DNA of 64,000 nt from Octopus sinensis. Taxonomy: Eukaryota. The stretch lies in NCBI RefSeq assembly GCF_006345805.1, contig NC_043026.1, forward strand, positions 3,224,001-3,288,000. The letters run 5' to 3'. Positions 50,953 through 64,000 of this stretch are shown here, piece by piece. Numbering within the stretch: the stretch's first letter is position 1; each line of letters begins with the position of its first letter. The position numbers and the translations under genes are program-made. The notes under the pieces are model-generated. The model made no database searches, had not been told where the DNA came from, and worked only from the letters and a program-made list of their open reading frames with translations.

Positions 50953-53900
50953 GTGAGATTTTTGCAGGGGTCGCAATTGCGGTTAGATATTGACTTAATG
51001 TCTGGTTCTTACGTATATGATGTGTGCTGTTAGATCTGCAAGTCTTTCACGACCTCTACATTAGATATTTGTAATTACAGAACATGGTCAGCTTCTGTTC
51101 GTTAGTTAGTTAGTAAATTTTTTGGCTCAAAAAGCAAAAAGCAAGGCCATGTAGGGAGACATGGCGTTATGTACAGGGTGGTGTTCATATAAAGAGTTCA
51201 GGCCACTTGCGGTCAAGGGAGACTTTGAACTGAGCGGTTGTTGGCATCTTCACCATCTCGTCCGGCAGCTTATTCCACGGATCCGCAACCCGGACGGAGA
51301 AAGCCCCTCTCCTTCGATTGAGATGAAATCGTCGCAAATAGAGCTTTTCGGAATGACCCCGCAGCCGACGCTCTGGAGCAGGAGTGAAGAACAGCTCTTT
51401 CGAGAGGTTACACTTTCCGCTTATGATGTTGTGAGCAAGAATGAGATGCTGTGGAGGTTGTCATTTAGCAGTCAGCTCAACCCACAAGTAGTGAGATCCC
51501 TAGCTGGCAACTGGAGGGCAAGGCTGTCCTTTCAACCCACTGCTGCGGGTGCCACCATACAATGGACTCTGATGATGATATTATTCCATACTTTCCAATC
51601 CATGGCCCTGGTCTTTGCATCCTTCAGGTCAACGTGACTTTAGGTCTTCCAAGCCTTCCTCGATTTGTTGACCATATTTCTTCTTCTTTGGTGCCCTGTG
51701 CTGGATTCTCCAGTTGTGTGGGTTGCTGCCACCACAAAGGTTGCTTCCAGTGCTCATCCTGCCAGTCTTGGTCTCCAATGGTTGTCCTTGGATGTTGTTG
51801 TTTGAGATTTGGTCATGTAGGGAGATACCAAGGATCTGAGGAAGACACTGCATTTGGAACAAGCTTGTTCAGGTTCTGTTTGAGGATGTTCCAGGTATCA
51901 GTACTGCAGGGAACGGGCAAAACCAGTCAGTGAGGGGGAAAAAAAAGATTTTGATCCTTAGGGAAACGTTGGGCTTCTTCCACACACTTCATTGATGTAG
52001 ATGCATATTCTTTTACATGTTTCAGTCATTTGACTGTGGCCATGCTGGAGCCCTGCCTTTAAGGGTTTTTTTAGTTGAAGAAATTGACCCTAGAACTTAT
52101 TTTTTGTAAGCCTATTCTGTAAGCCTATTTTGTAAGCTTATTCTGTCGTCCCTTTTGCTAAGTTACAGTGACAGAAACACACCAACATCAATTGTCAAGC
52201 AATGGTGGTGGTGGTGGTGGTGGAACAAAGAAAGACACACACACATATATATATGATGGGCTTCTTTCAGTTTCCATCTACCAAATCCACTCAGAAGGCT
52301 TTGGTCAGTCTGAGGCTATAGTAGAAGACACTTTCCCAGGGTGCCACGCAGCGGGACTGAACCCGGAACCATGTGATAGGGAAGCAAGTGTTTTACCATA
52401 CAGCTACACCTGTATGTGTATGTATTTTATTGTGGCCTCGTTTCAACGGGAGGTGAGATTGTTATAAATGAGTGTCACCCTCCTACAAGCATTATCCTTC
52501 ATTTCCATTCTTCCTTGGAAAATATATCTGGCTGTGGGCAAATATTACCTTACTCTGAAACTGGTGAGGAATGCTAAGACCACGAATACTCTCCAACCCA
52601 TGCAAGCAAGGAAGAGTGAACTGTAAAATGATGCTGATGATGAAGATGTCTCTCTCTCTCTATAATTGTTAAAGAGGACAACAAACATTTAGGCAACACA
52701 AACATCTCAAGTTCTCCTTGCACCTAAGGACTCATGCTCTTCTTTCTCCTTGCACCTAAGGACTCATGCTCTTCTTTCTCTTTGCACCTAAGGACTCATG
52801 CTCTTCTAGGACAGCATTCTACACCATATGAGATGTCATCGGGTGTACCACAGGGATCTGTCCTTGGTCTCCTCTTGTTTGTGGCATACTCATGCTCTTC
52901 TTTCTCCTTGCACCTAAGGACTCATGCTCTTCTTTCTCCTTGCACCTAAGGACTCATACTCTTCTTTCTCCTTGCACCTAAGGACTCATGCTCTTCTTTC
53001 TCCTTGCACCTAAGGACTCATGCTCTTCTTTCTCCTTGCACCTAAGGACTCATGCTCTTCTTTCTCCTTGCACCTAAGGACTCATGCTCTTCTTTCTCCT
53101 TGCACCTAAGGACTCACGCTCTTCTTTCTCTTTGCACTAAGGACTCATGCTCTTCTTCTCTTGCACCTAAGGACTCATGCTCTTCTTTTCCTTGCACCTA
53201 AGGACCATGCTCTTCTTTCTTTGCACCTAAGGACTCATGCTCTTCTTTCTCTTGCACCTAAGGACTCATGCTCTTCTTTCTCCTTGCACCTAAGGACTCA
53301 TGCTCTTCTTTCTCTCCTTGCACCTAAGGACCCATGCTCTTCTTTCTCCTTGCACCTAAGGACTCATGCTCTTCTTCTCCTTGCACCTAAGGACTCATGC
53401 TCTTCTTTCTCCTTGCACCTAAGGACTCATGCTCTTTTTCTCCTTGCACCTAAGGACTCATGCTCTTCTTTCTCCTTGCACCTAAGGACTCATGCTCTTC
53501 TTTCTCCTTGCACCTAAGGACTCATGCTCTTCTTTCTCCTTGCACCTAAGGACTCATGCTCTTCTTTCTCCTTGCACCTAAGGACTCATGCTCTTCTTTC
53601 TCCTTGCACCTAAGGACTCATGCTCTTCTTTCTATGAACTTTTATGTTTCATTTTTCCTTTTTTTTCCTTCATTTTTTCCTTCATTTTCCTTCTTTGTTT
53701 TTCATTTTCCTTCTTTTTTTTCCTTCGTTTTTCCTTCATTTTTTCTTCATTTTTCCTTCATTTTTCCTTCCTTTCCATTTCCTTATTCTTTTACTCCCTT
53801 CCTCTTTGTTGTCATCTCATTAATATATACCATTCTAATTTTCCCTATCTCTCTCTGATGACAGAACATCCCATACTCGGGGATATCCCAGAAACAGCTT

Positions 53901-54792
53901 TGACCCTAGGACTTATTTTTGGTAATTTTTCCCAATAATAATAATATTTTATATGACTTGAGATGCTTGCCTTAATGTCTGTTGTCCTCTTTAACAATTT
54001 TATATCCACTGCATCATAAACCTGCAATGACTCCATAACTATCGTCTCAGCTATAACCTTGGAATAGTCCGTCACAGCACTTACCTAGCTTACCTAATCG
54101 TTTAGATCACCTGTAACCCAAACCCCCACACTTTGTATGTATGTATGTGTGTATATATATAGGTGCAGGCGTGCTGTGTGGTAAGAAGCTTGCTTCCCAA
54201 CCTCATGGGTCTGGGTTCAATCCCACTGTATGGCATCTTGGGCAAGTGTCTTCTACTATAGTCTCGGGCCAAGCAAAGCTTTGTAAGTGAATTTGGTAGA
54301 CAGAAAATGATAGAAGCCTGTTGTATACATGTTTGTCCTCCTCACCATTGCTTGACAACTGATGTTGGTGTGTTTACATACCTATAACTTAGCTGTTTGG
54401 CAAAAGAAATCAATAAATTAAGTACTCGGCTTACAAAGAATAAGTCTTGAGGTTGATTTGTTTGACAAAAAACCCTTAACCCTTTAGCATTCAGATTATT
54501 CTGTCAAATGTAAAGCTTATATATTCACACCATGTAAAATGAATCTTGCATCATTTCATGGCTTTGAGATTTCAATGATGTGATTGTTTCTTTTTAAAAT
54601 GACACAATTAGGTGGCTATGAATGACCATATCTGACTGGTTTGAACATAAAAGAGGGAGCATATTTTGGCCGGATATGGCCAGTTTAAACACTAAGGGTT
54701 AAAGTGGTGCTCCAGCATGGCTGCAGTCAAATGACTGAAGCAAGTGAAAGAAAGGAGAAAAGAATAAAAGAAGATGTATTTCTACTTGGCAG

Positions 54793-54915
54793 GATGGTGA
54801 GGCTGGTGAAACTGAAGTGTCTAATGAAACGGCTAATCGGATGTCACTATTTTACGCCCACGCCACACCAATGTTAAAGATGTTAAGTGACACTACAACC
54901 AAGTTTGTGACGCAG
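54793..54915 (+). CDS. CYRI: Duplicate of CYRI exon 6
   Basis: Reads identical to 22081-22203 with intact splice sites; lies in the duplicated block. Confidence 0.8.
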
Positions 54916-55526
54916 GTAAGACACCCAACACACAGACATTCCTCCTACAGCAGCAGTTCTTTTGTTCCATTTTTAAGGATGGGTAACCATGGGGGGAGAG
55001 GCAATCTTCAACTGTTTTCACATTCTGTCTTTGAATTCTACTTCATTCTCTCTTTTTTGTATATAATTTATTAGTTGGGTGGTGGATATTTTGTGCCTAT
55101 TTTCATTTTTTCAGTTTAAAATTTCACCTTGATTTCGTCCACACGCAAACACATATTCACAGACGCACACTTTGCAGCTTTACCCAATGCAGTGTTGAGC
55201 ACTTGTTCTTATTGCTCGATATAAGCACGTGTATGTATGTATGTATGTATACACATACTCACACAAACACATGTTTATGAGTGTTAAACAAGAATATTAT
55301 TGATAGTGACTTTGAAGTTTTGGCCAGTTAACCCTTTAGCATTCAGATTACTCAGTCAGATGTAATTCTCATTTAATCACATTGTTTTCAATTAATCATG
55401 CTTTATCTTGTAGCTTTGAGATTTTCATGATGTGATTCTTTATTTCCAAAATGACATTGTAGGGTAGGTGTGAGAGGTTGCTTCTGGCTGGTTTCAACAT
55501 AAAACCTGTAGAATATTTTGATCAGA

Positions 55527-55594
<68 letters not shown>

Positions 55595-58500
55595 AGATAA
55601 GGGCAGAAGAAATTGGACCAATACGGTAATAACAAATTTTTTAGAGATTTCTATCGGTTTGTTTCGAGACGCATAAATTTAATGGTTATCGACAATTTTT
55701 TGTTTCGGCGTATCTGGCATTAGAATTTTTCTTCTGCCCTTATCTTGTAAATTATGTATAAATTTTACCTTTAAAGGCATTTTTTGATATGCTGGCCATT
55801 GATAAAATTTTTTCCCGAAAAAAGTTTTATCCTATATCAATTATATATATCATCATCATCATCATCATCGTTTAACGTCCGCTTTCCATGCTAGCATGGG
55901 TTGGACGGTTCAACTGGGGTCTGGCAAGCCCGAAGGCTACACCAGGCCAGTCAGATCTGGCAGTGTTTCTACAGCTGGATGCCCTTCCTGTGTGTGTATA
56001 TATATACACACACACACACACACATACACACACACATATATGTGGAATAAATGTATAATGCACAAAACTCAGAGTAGAGACTGAATGAATCACCAGATTT
56101 GCACAGATTTATAAACTTTACTTAATGTAGTGAGTATTATTTTTCATGGCTCGAAGAGTTAGGTACAATCCATGCATTCACCTCATGTAGGAACCTGGCA
56201 AGCAAAGTATTGCAATAACCAAACAAAGGTCAGTTATATTTAAGTTAAGGATAAAAAAGGAGCACTTGGCAAATCCAAAGAATGATCTAGCATATCAAGA
56301 AGGGTCACAGAGCGAATAATAATTAACTTGACTGAAGAAGTGAATGAACATTAACGCTGTCACCTATGTTGCATATATTGCATAATAAGCATGGTTTATT
56401 TATAGAAACGTTTGTAACATCAATTTGGCTCCTTTTTACCTCAAATTAATTAATGTATCTAGGTATATGAATATGAGAGAAGGTAAATGGAATACATGAG
56501 ATTCTTTATTATTCAATGCACCAGAACTGTTTGCATAGCATCTCACCTGTGAGGCACCAGTGGAGGATGGGTCAAAGCAGTTGTAGTGAATAATAAAAAT
56601 CTCATGAATTCTTTGTCATATTTTATAAATTCCACAGACACAAAGGAACTCCTGAAGTAAGTCCAGTGGCATATACCTCCATATTCTTGTTGACATCAGG
56701 TAGCCAAATACTGTGAATGGGCTTTAAACAGCATACTGCAGGGTGAATACCCAAACATAAAACCATTACCATGTATATATATATATATATAGGCGCAGGA
56801 GTGGCTGTGTGGTAAGTAGCTTGCTAACCAACCACATGGTTCCGGGTTCAGTCCCACTGCGTGGCATCTTGGGCAGGTGTCTTCTGCTATAGCCCCGGGC
56901 CGACCAATGCCTTGTGAGTGGATTTGGTAGACGGAAACTGAAAGAAGCCACGCCTATATATATATATATGTGATAGTCTCTGCTCCCATCAATTTCAACA
57001 TGAGTGTTTGAAGGAGAAGATTTAAAGAAAAAAGAAAAGAAAGAAGGAAAAAATCTGCAAGTAATTGGATGCCTGACTGTAATTTGAGTTGAGGAATGGA
57101 TTTTACTATGAAACCACAATGGAGACACTGAAGAATTTGATTTTGCCTGGGATTGGGTTTTCTGGTGATTGCAGGATAGAATTCTTTTATTGTTCTTTTT
57201 CCTCAACTCAAATTGTTGTGATGCATCGTGACACATTTTACACCATGCAAATTGGTCTGGGCAATAGAGTTTCCTAAGATGTCAAGTTGAGCTGTAGAAA
57301 TTTTAGTAATTGCTTCAACTTATCCTTATACCTAAGGGCAAGTCTACCTTTAACTGCAATATCCCTCCACTTGTTGACCATACAAAAGAATTTTTGGAAT
57401 GCGGTCAACTTGCATTCAAACCACATATATATATTTATAAGATCTCACATTTAAAATGTTGTACTTCAAAACCACAAAAGTACTCAGATACAATCGTGTT
57501 GGAAGTGTGTACTCTGATGTCTGTTTATAATATGTAACCTAAATTTATGTTATTCAGTTTACTTAACCATACTTAGTGTTAAACCCAAATTAATTACTAA
57601 CGAAAATAATTGCGATGAAGAAATAAGTAATTAAGGAGAGTCAGTAAAATTATTAGTAATTAGCAGTATCGCCCGGCGTTGCTTGGGTTTGTAAGGGAAA
57701 TAACTATATAAGCACAAAGGGGGGCAGTTACTGTAGCTTTTTATGTTCTGAGATTTAATAATAATTTTCTAGAGAGCTACTTCTCTTATATATGCCAAAA
57801 ATGCATTAAAAATGGGAAAGATTTATGGTAAATTTTTTTAAAAATCGTAGCCTCATCGTAGACGTGCGCTAATACCCAGAAGGGCTCGATATGAATCACG
57901 ACTATAAGATACCCGGTTTTGGTTAAACTGCACCGCAAAATGTGGGAGTAGTTAGGGATCTAAATCGTAGGAGACAGACAGACACACAACCTCTCTTTTA
58001 TATATAAAGATAAGAGCAAGGGAGGAACTCTTGAAATATCAATTTTCAAAAATTAAATGTTTGGCAGCTGGTTGAATGAAATATTGTGCCAAACAGATTT
58101 TGCAGTGGTGTGAGGAAAGTGAATCAAGAGAAGTGCATTTAGTCATCATTAACACAGTATTATATTAATAGATGTTTTACCATGCTTATGGCAAACCCTG
58201 GGACACATGCACTTGCCTGAGTGGCAGGGGAGTCATTAGCTTCTAATTTTATGTGTGTGTGTGTGTATACAGTTCTATATTTAAGAGATGAGGAATTGTG
58301 TACATTTTTGTGTGTGTATATATATATTGGTAAAAACGGTAAGACAACAAAAGAAAGAAAGAAAGAGACCTCAATATTATGTAAATAGAGGAATTTATCT
58401 GTAAAATAATATGAGACAATTACTCAATAGTCAAGATAAAACTCTGAGTTTCAGATGCCGAGGTGGAAATCCACAACACCATCTCTTCCGTTATCTGGCC

Positions 58501-60496
58501 ACCTGAAAAAATGTTATGAAAAAATACCGTTATATAAAGGGAAATTACTGTATTATAATTCTGCTACTTATATAAATTAAGATTAAAAGTTAATAGTAAA
58601 CATGTAAAATTTATATAACAGTATTTTTTCATAGCGTTTTTCAGATGACCAGATAACAGAAGAGATGGTGTTGTGGATTTCCACTTCGGCATCCGAAACT
58701 CAGAGTTTTATCTTGATTATTGAGTAATTGTCACATATTATTTTATTGATATATATATATATATATATTACGGAGATGTACTTGCATAGCAAGTGATTTG
58801 ATCTGAAATCGTGTGCTGAAACAAAAACAATTGCAGCATGGAAGGTGTTTATAAGCCATTTAAGAAACACACAAAAGCCGTTCGATTCACTTTAACATTT
58901 AAGTGTAATTTGTCAAAATATTTTCAGCGCTTTAAGATTGCAACTGTTGACTGATAAAAATCTGTGCTGGTTAGATATATGTATATATATCTATATATAT
59001 ATATATATATCAAAATAGCTTGAGATACGTAAACAAAACCAAACACATATCCACAAAGATGTGTGTGTTGCAAGTGCATGGGTCAGCTGCAGTTTTTAGG
59101 CATAAGAAAATATATTCTCAGTGTGCCTGGTGTTAAAAACACCTGAAAGTAAGTCACATGGTCAAACGAGACAACTCGCCTCAGGTCTCTTCTCTGAGCA
59201 ACAGACACATGTTTCGTCGTTGTTGTGACTTTTCAGTGTTGCAGACCAAACGAGGCCCACTGCAACCTATACATATGACTGGCCATGGCTCTATGCTAAA
59301 TGCTTTATAAACCATCTGCTGGCAAGTCCCAACGTTTCATGCCATGCAAAAAATTCAAATAGGAAATTACAAGCAGCTTCAGGTGTATAAACAAAATCCA
59401 CCCCTGAACTAACAACGTGCATACCCCTAGGTATGTGTGTTCAGTTTGGGTGGGTTTTTTTTTTTATATTGGAGGCTCGTGGCTTAGTGGTTAGTGTGTT
59501 GCACTCAGGATTGTAAGGTTGTGGTTTCTGTTCCGAGACTGAGTCATGTGTTGTATTCTTGAGCAAAACATTTCATTTTATGTTGCTCAGTCCACTCAGC
59601 TGGCAAAACTGAGTAATCCTGTGATAGACTGGCGTCCCATCCAAGTGGGGGAGTAAATATGCCACAAAATCTGGGAAACTGCCCTTATGAGTCTATGGCT
59701 CAGGAGGTCCCTTTCATCCTTTAGGATAGACATATTTATTCTGAAACGTTTTTTTTTTTTAAACACATAAAAGCAATGCACATTCACTAAATAGCGCACT
59801 CAATACCTGTGCAACATGTAACATTTGTTGTAATTTTATTGATTCTAATTTTGAAGATTTATTGGGTTTCCTTTGTTCAAAATCTCTTTGAAGCTACTCC
59901 CAACAAAACTCCAAAATCAGCTCCAATAAAATGACACACAGAGACTACATTAAATCATATTTGATGGCTTACAAGGTACACCAGCTTATAATGCACTCCT
60001 TAATTTTTGAAGGTCCTTTCTTAAGCCACTGCATTACAGATCCTAAGATGCAGGTTAAAGTTTCTAGAACATTTTTTGGCTTTTGTATAAAGTGTTCCTT
60101 ATAAGCTATCAAATAATATCTTCTAAAAGATATTAAATTGAATAAATCAATGATGGAACTGATACTCAAATTTGGCAAAAGAAAAAAGAGAACAAATTTC
60201 AGATTGTGTTTGGATTTGAATACCAGTTTTAAAAAATCCATTTTGTTTTTATTGAATCTTTTATAAATTTGAAATTTTAAACTGAAAAAAAAAAAAAAAT
60301 CCCCAATTATTTTAGCAATTTGAAATTGATCTAAAATTTTAAATTGGTAAAATAAAAATGAATTGTTTTTTTTTAATGAAATTTTATTCAAGTTTAGTTT
60401 ATGGAAACTTGTTAATTTTATTTTAATGAATTTCTTTTCAGTTTGCTCTGACTTTATCTCTGTTTTTGTAAAATATATATGCATATGACATAATAT

Positions 60497-60541
<45 letters not shown>

Positions 60542-62897
60542 ATGTATTTGAAAAATATATTCTATAAAATGGAAGCTTGAATCTACTCCCCCTGGAGCCT
60601 CATAAGTTGCTTCGGGGTTGAACTATCCTTACTTTGAAAAAGTTGCAATTAAAATTCTTAAATGTTTATAAATTAAGAATATCTCATTCTCAAGAGACCT
60701 TAAGTCTGGTGACAGCAGACACCACAGAATTGTGGGGGGAAAAAAGTTTCAATTTCTTTATACTATACACATAATGTTTGACTACTGTATATTCTGTATT
60801 CAGTATCTCCTTAATTAAGGTAACACTAATAATGGCAAAGAGGAACTATTTCTTATATATTAATTTGTCGAGAATTTGGGGGTGCTAGGTTTAAAATCCC
60901 ATTTTATAGAATACATTTTCTGAATATTTATTTTTATATCTTTTAAAATATATATGTTTGTAAAAATATTTTAATCAAACTGTGTTATTGAAATATCTTG
61001 TAATTTTATAAAAAGTCATCTTTGCCAATTATAAAATCCACTTTTTAATTATTAATGATCCTGTGTCATTCATCCGTCCAAGGTCCATCAAATCAAATAT
61101 TGGTCAAGTTCTGGGATAGGTACTCAACTACACTTTCCCTTCAAAATTTCTTAATATAGGCCATGCGAGTGAATGAGATCCACTGACTCAAGGAAGCACT
61201 GCTTGTTCTTTTAGTGTAGCATAGGAAGTTCTCTGATGAACTCGGCACTTTAATTGTACTTTAATTGTACTTTAGGTTGACTCGTTAGTATTCAGGTTAT
61301 TCTGTCTGATTTTATGCTTATTTATTTACCTTGATTTGAACTAATCATGCATTATTGCATAGCCTTGACTTTTTGATCGTATGACTGTTTAGCTATCAAA
61401 TGACATTGTAGGGTAGGTGTGAGAAGCTAGATCTGGTCAGTTTGAATGTAAAACAGGAAGAGTTTTGGGGCCAGATAAAGCAGGCTTCACCATCATCCTC
61501 ATCATCATTTAGCATCTGTTGTCCATAGCATTTAAACCAACCAGAACATGCTACCTGTTTTACGTTCAAACCTCCTAGATCTAGTTTCTCATACCTACCC
61601 TACCAGATCAGTCAAAATATATACAATCATACCTTCAAAATCCCAATGCTACCTGATACAGAACGGCTAATTCAAAGCAATGTGGTGGATAAATAAGCTT
61701 TACGCTTGACAGAATAATCGGAATGCTAAAGGGTTAACTCAACCTGTCTTGTGTCAGAGGAATGTGTTGCTGCTACAATGTTCGTTTTTGCAACCATGTA
61801 ATAATCCGGAATAGCCATTCCACTACACTTTGGCATTTGTCTCTTGCTGTAGCTTTCAGATGACCCAATGCCAAGGAAAGGGAAATTTGGTTGATGGACA
61901 CTGCACAAGTGTGTGTGTTTATGATGAAGGCTTCACACTGGCATGAGATGCAGTTAAGTGAAAAAGTACTGTTTTATTAATGTTTCGATTAAAGTGGAAT
62001 AACCTTGTTTAGTCAAAGTAGGGATCCCTAATCAAAAGGTTATCCTTTTGGTTTCAGTTCTGAACTAAGAACAGGGAACACAATTCTCTGTTAATACAAA
62101 AACTCAGCTGATTTTCCTTCTATGATGTAAAAAAAAAAAAAAAAAAAAGAAAACAAAACAAAACAAACAAGTGTCCCTTGTAGTCAGTTGATAAATAGGG
62201 AAGGCTAAAATAAATCCCAGAATAAGGAGTGGACCTAAAATGATGGACTGGAAACCCTATTGGGTCCAGTGCTCCAGCTTCAACCAGTTAACCTTTCATT
62301 ACTATATTTCTATTAAAATGCACTGCTTTTGTTTCAGTTAATTTTGAAAATAATCAAGAATTTATCAAAATATATTTTTTATTCAGCCTTTTTTTAAGCA
62401 TAAATTAACATAAAATTTTGACAGAAGGTTTTGATATAGATCACTTTAGCACTAGAGTTTTGTATCAGAGATCTAGGGTTAGTCCTCAGGCAGGTTGGTA
62501 TCAAAAGAGCTAATGTATATATACAAACATAATGTTTTAATTATTTTATTAATTATGGAGACAAAACAATGCAAGTTATAAAAAAAGAATACAGGTTGAT
62601 GGTTCCTGCTTTTACCTGGTTTTGAAGAAGGGATCTGAATTCTGCAATATTGAAATGCAAGGTAAAGCTAGAAACCATCAACTTGTATTATTTTGACTTT
62701 ATAACAAAAAGAAATAACTAAAAATGTTTATTTATATCAGACAATGTTTCGTGCAAGTAGCCCATATGCAGAGCAGTACTTAGTGTTGCCACTTCTCTAA
62801 GATAGGGATAATTCATTCTAGGCTAGCTGCAGAGTGAAAAATTAATGAGAATCAAAAGGTTTTATCCCTCACAGAAAGCATTACAAACAGGATTGCA

Positions 62898-63753
62898 TTT
62901 TGCACCAAAAAGCCAATATGGGGGTTTCTCTCGTGGTGTCTACCACAGTATCGTTTGTCCAAACAGAATACCCATGTTTAAGCGGGGATAAATATTGCCG
63001 TTCAATATCAATACTGCCTCTGTCCCTAATTATTTTTGTACTTTTTAACAAGCTCACTGACAAATCACAACACTGGCACCTGTTTCAGCACTATTTATTC
63101 TATACATTGCTGGCACTAAGATGATTCGCTGCTATCTCTAGCTGTCAAGGGTCCATCACTGATGAGACCAAGGAAGGTTGAAATCACATGATCTGGTGAC
63201 CTCAGTGTTGGAGGTGGCAGGGATTTATTCCCTACTAGCGATATAAACAAGAGTGTACTTTGTACCAAAAGCCAATATGGGGGTTTCTCTCGTGGTGTCT
63301 ACCACAGTATCGTTTGTCCAAACAGAATACCCATGTTTAAGCGGGGATAAATATTGCCGTTCAATATCAATACTGCCTCTGTCCCTAATTATTTTTGTAC
63401 TTTTTAACAAGCTCACTGACAAATCACAACACTGGCACCTGTTTCAGCACTATTTATTCTATACATTGCTGGCACTAAGATGATTCGCTGCTATCTCTAG
63501 CTGTCAAGGGTCCATCACTGATGAGACCAAGGAAGGTTGAAATCACATGATCTGGTGACCTCAGTGTTGGAGGTGGCAGGGATTTATCTCCCTACTAGCG
63601 ATATAAACAAGTGTGTACTTTGTACCAAAAGCCAATATGGGAGAGGTTCTCTCATGGCATCTACCACAGTATAGTTTGTTCTAACAGAACATCCCATGTT
63701 TAAATGGGAATAAATATTACCTCTCTGTCACTAATACCGGCCTCTGTCACTAA
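62898..63753 (+). repeat. Duplicate of the 359-bp hammerhead array (HHRs at 63149-63202 and 63508-63561)
   Basis: Same sequence as 30166-31021; predicted cleavage after 63193 and 63552. Confidence 0.9.
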
Positions 63754-64000
63754 TATATATATATATATTCACAAATTCCACTCTCGGTAATCTGGGAATA
63801 TTCAGACTGGCATAACATTAAGATAAGGGAATGGTAGTTGTAATATAGAGTGAAAGTATTATGTGTTATTTCCGTTTCTTTGTTACGTCTGCTTCAAGAT
63901 TCCTGAGTGTTTCAGAGGAAACTTGTCTTTCAGTCGGAGCTTTCCACTTAACACTACAGATCTCTCTCTCTAATATATATATATGTATGTATGTATATAC

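Larger units (their letters stand above)
48469..64000 (+). repeat. Segmental duplication, copy B (runs off the window end)
   Basis: Begins gataaattaaatacc (same as 15696) immediately after the truncated RTE LINE; same exons, minisatellite, MITEs, Helitron and HHR array as copy A. Confidence 0.97.

Overview
AT-rich, microsatellite- and transposon-dense animal DNA; the repeat landscape suggests an octopus-like cephalopod (inference). The only host gene found is a + strand CYRI/FAM49 (CYFIP-related Rac1 interactor) orthologue. Six coding exons lie at 5838-22203 (212 codons, all GT-AG). The expected 3' exons are not seen in the window. A near-identical copy of 15696-31268 recurs at 48469-64000, so the two phase-0 exons 5 and 6 (exon 5 holds the Rac1-binding P150/R160/R161 positions) are present twice. 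The copy starts exactly where a 5'-truncated RTE LINE ends, and a 100-N gap lies at 37971-38070. The window is rich in type I hammerhead ribozyme (HHR) motifs. The most striking is a 359-bp tandem array in CYRI intron 6 with one complete sense-strand hammerhead per full unit, resembling a non-LTR retrozyme (30166-31021, repeated at 62898-63753). Further intact or variant hammerheads are linked to Penelope-like remnants. The rest is decayed LINEs (RTE, CR1-like), Penelope-like elements, SINEs, piggyBac-type and TA-flanked MITEs, Helitrons, a Tc1/mariner relic and mini/microsatellites. Most ORFs in the supplied track are microsatellite or repeat artefacts. Repeat boundaries are read by eye and approximate unless stated.
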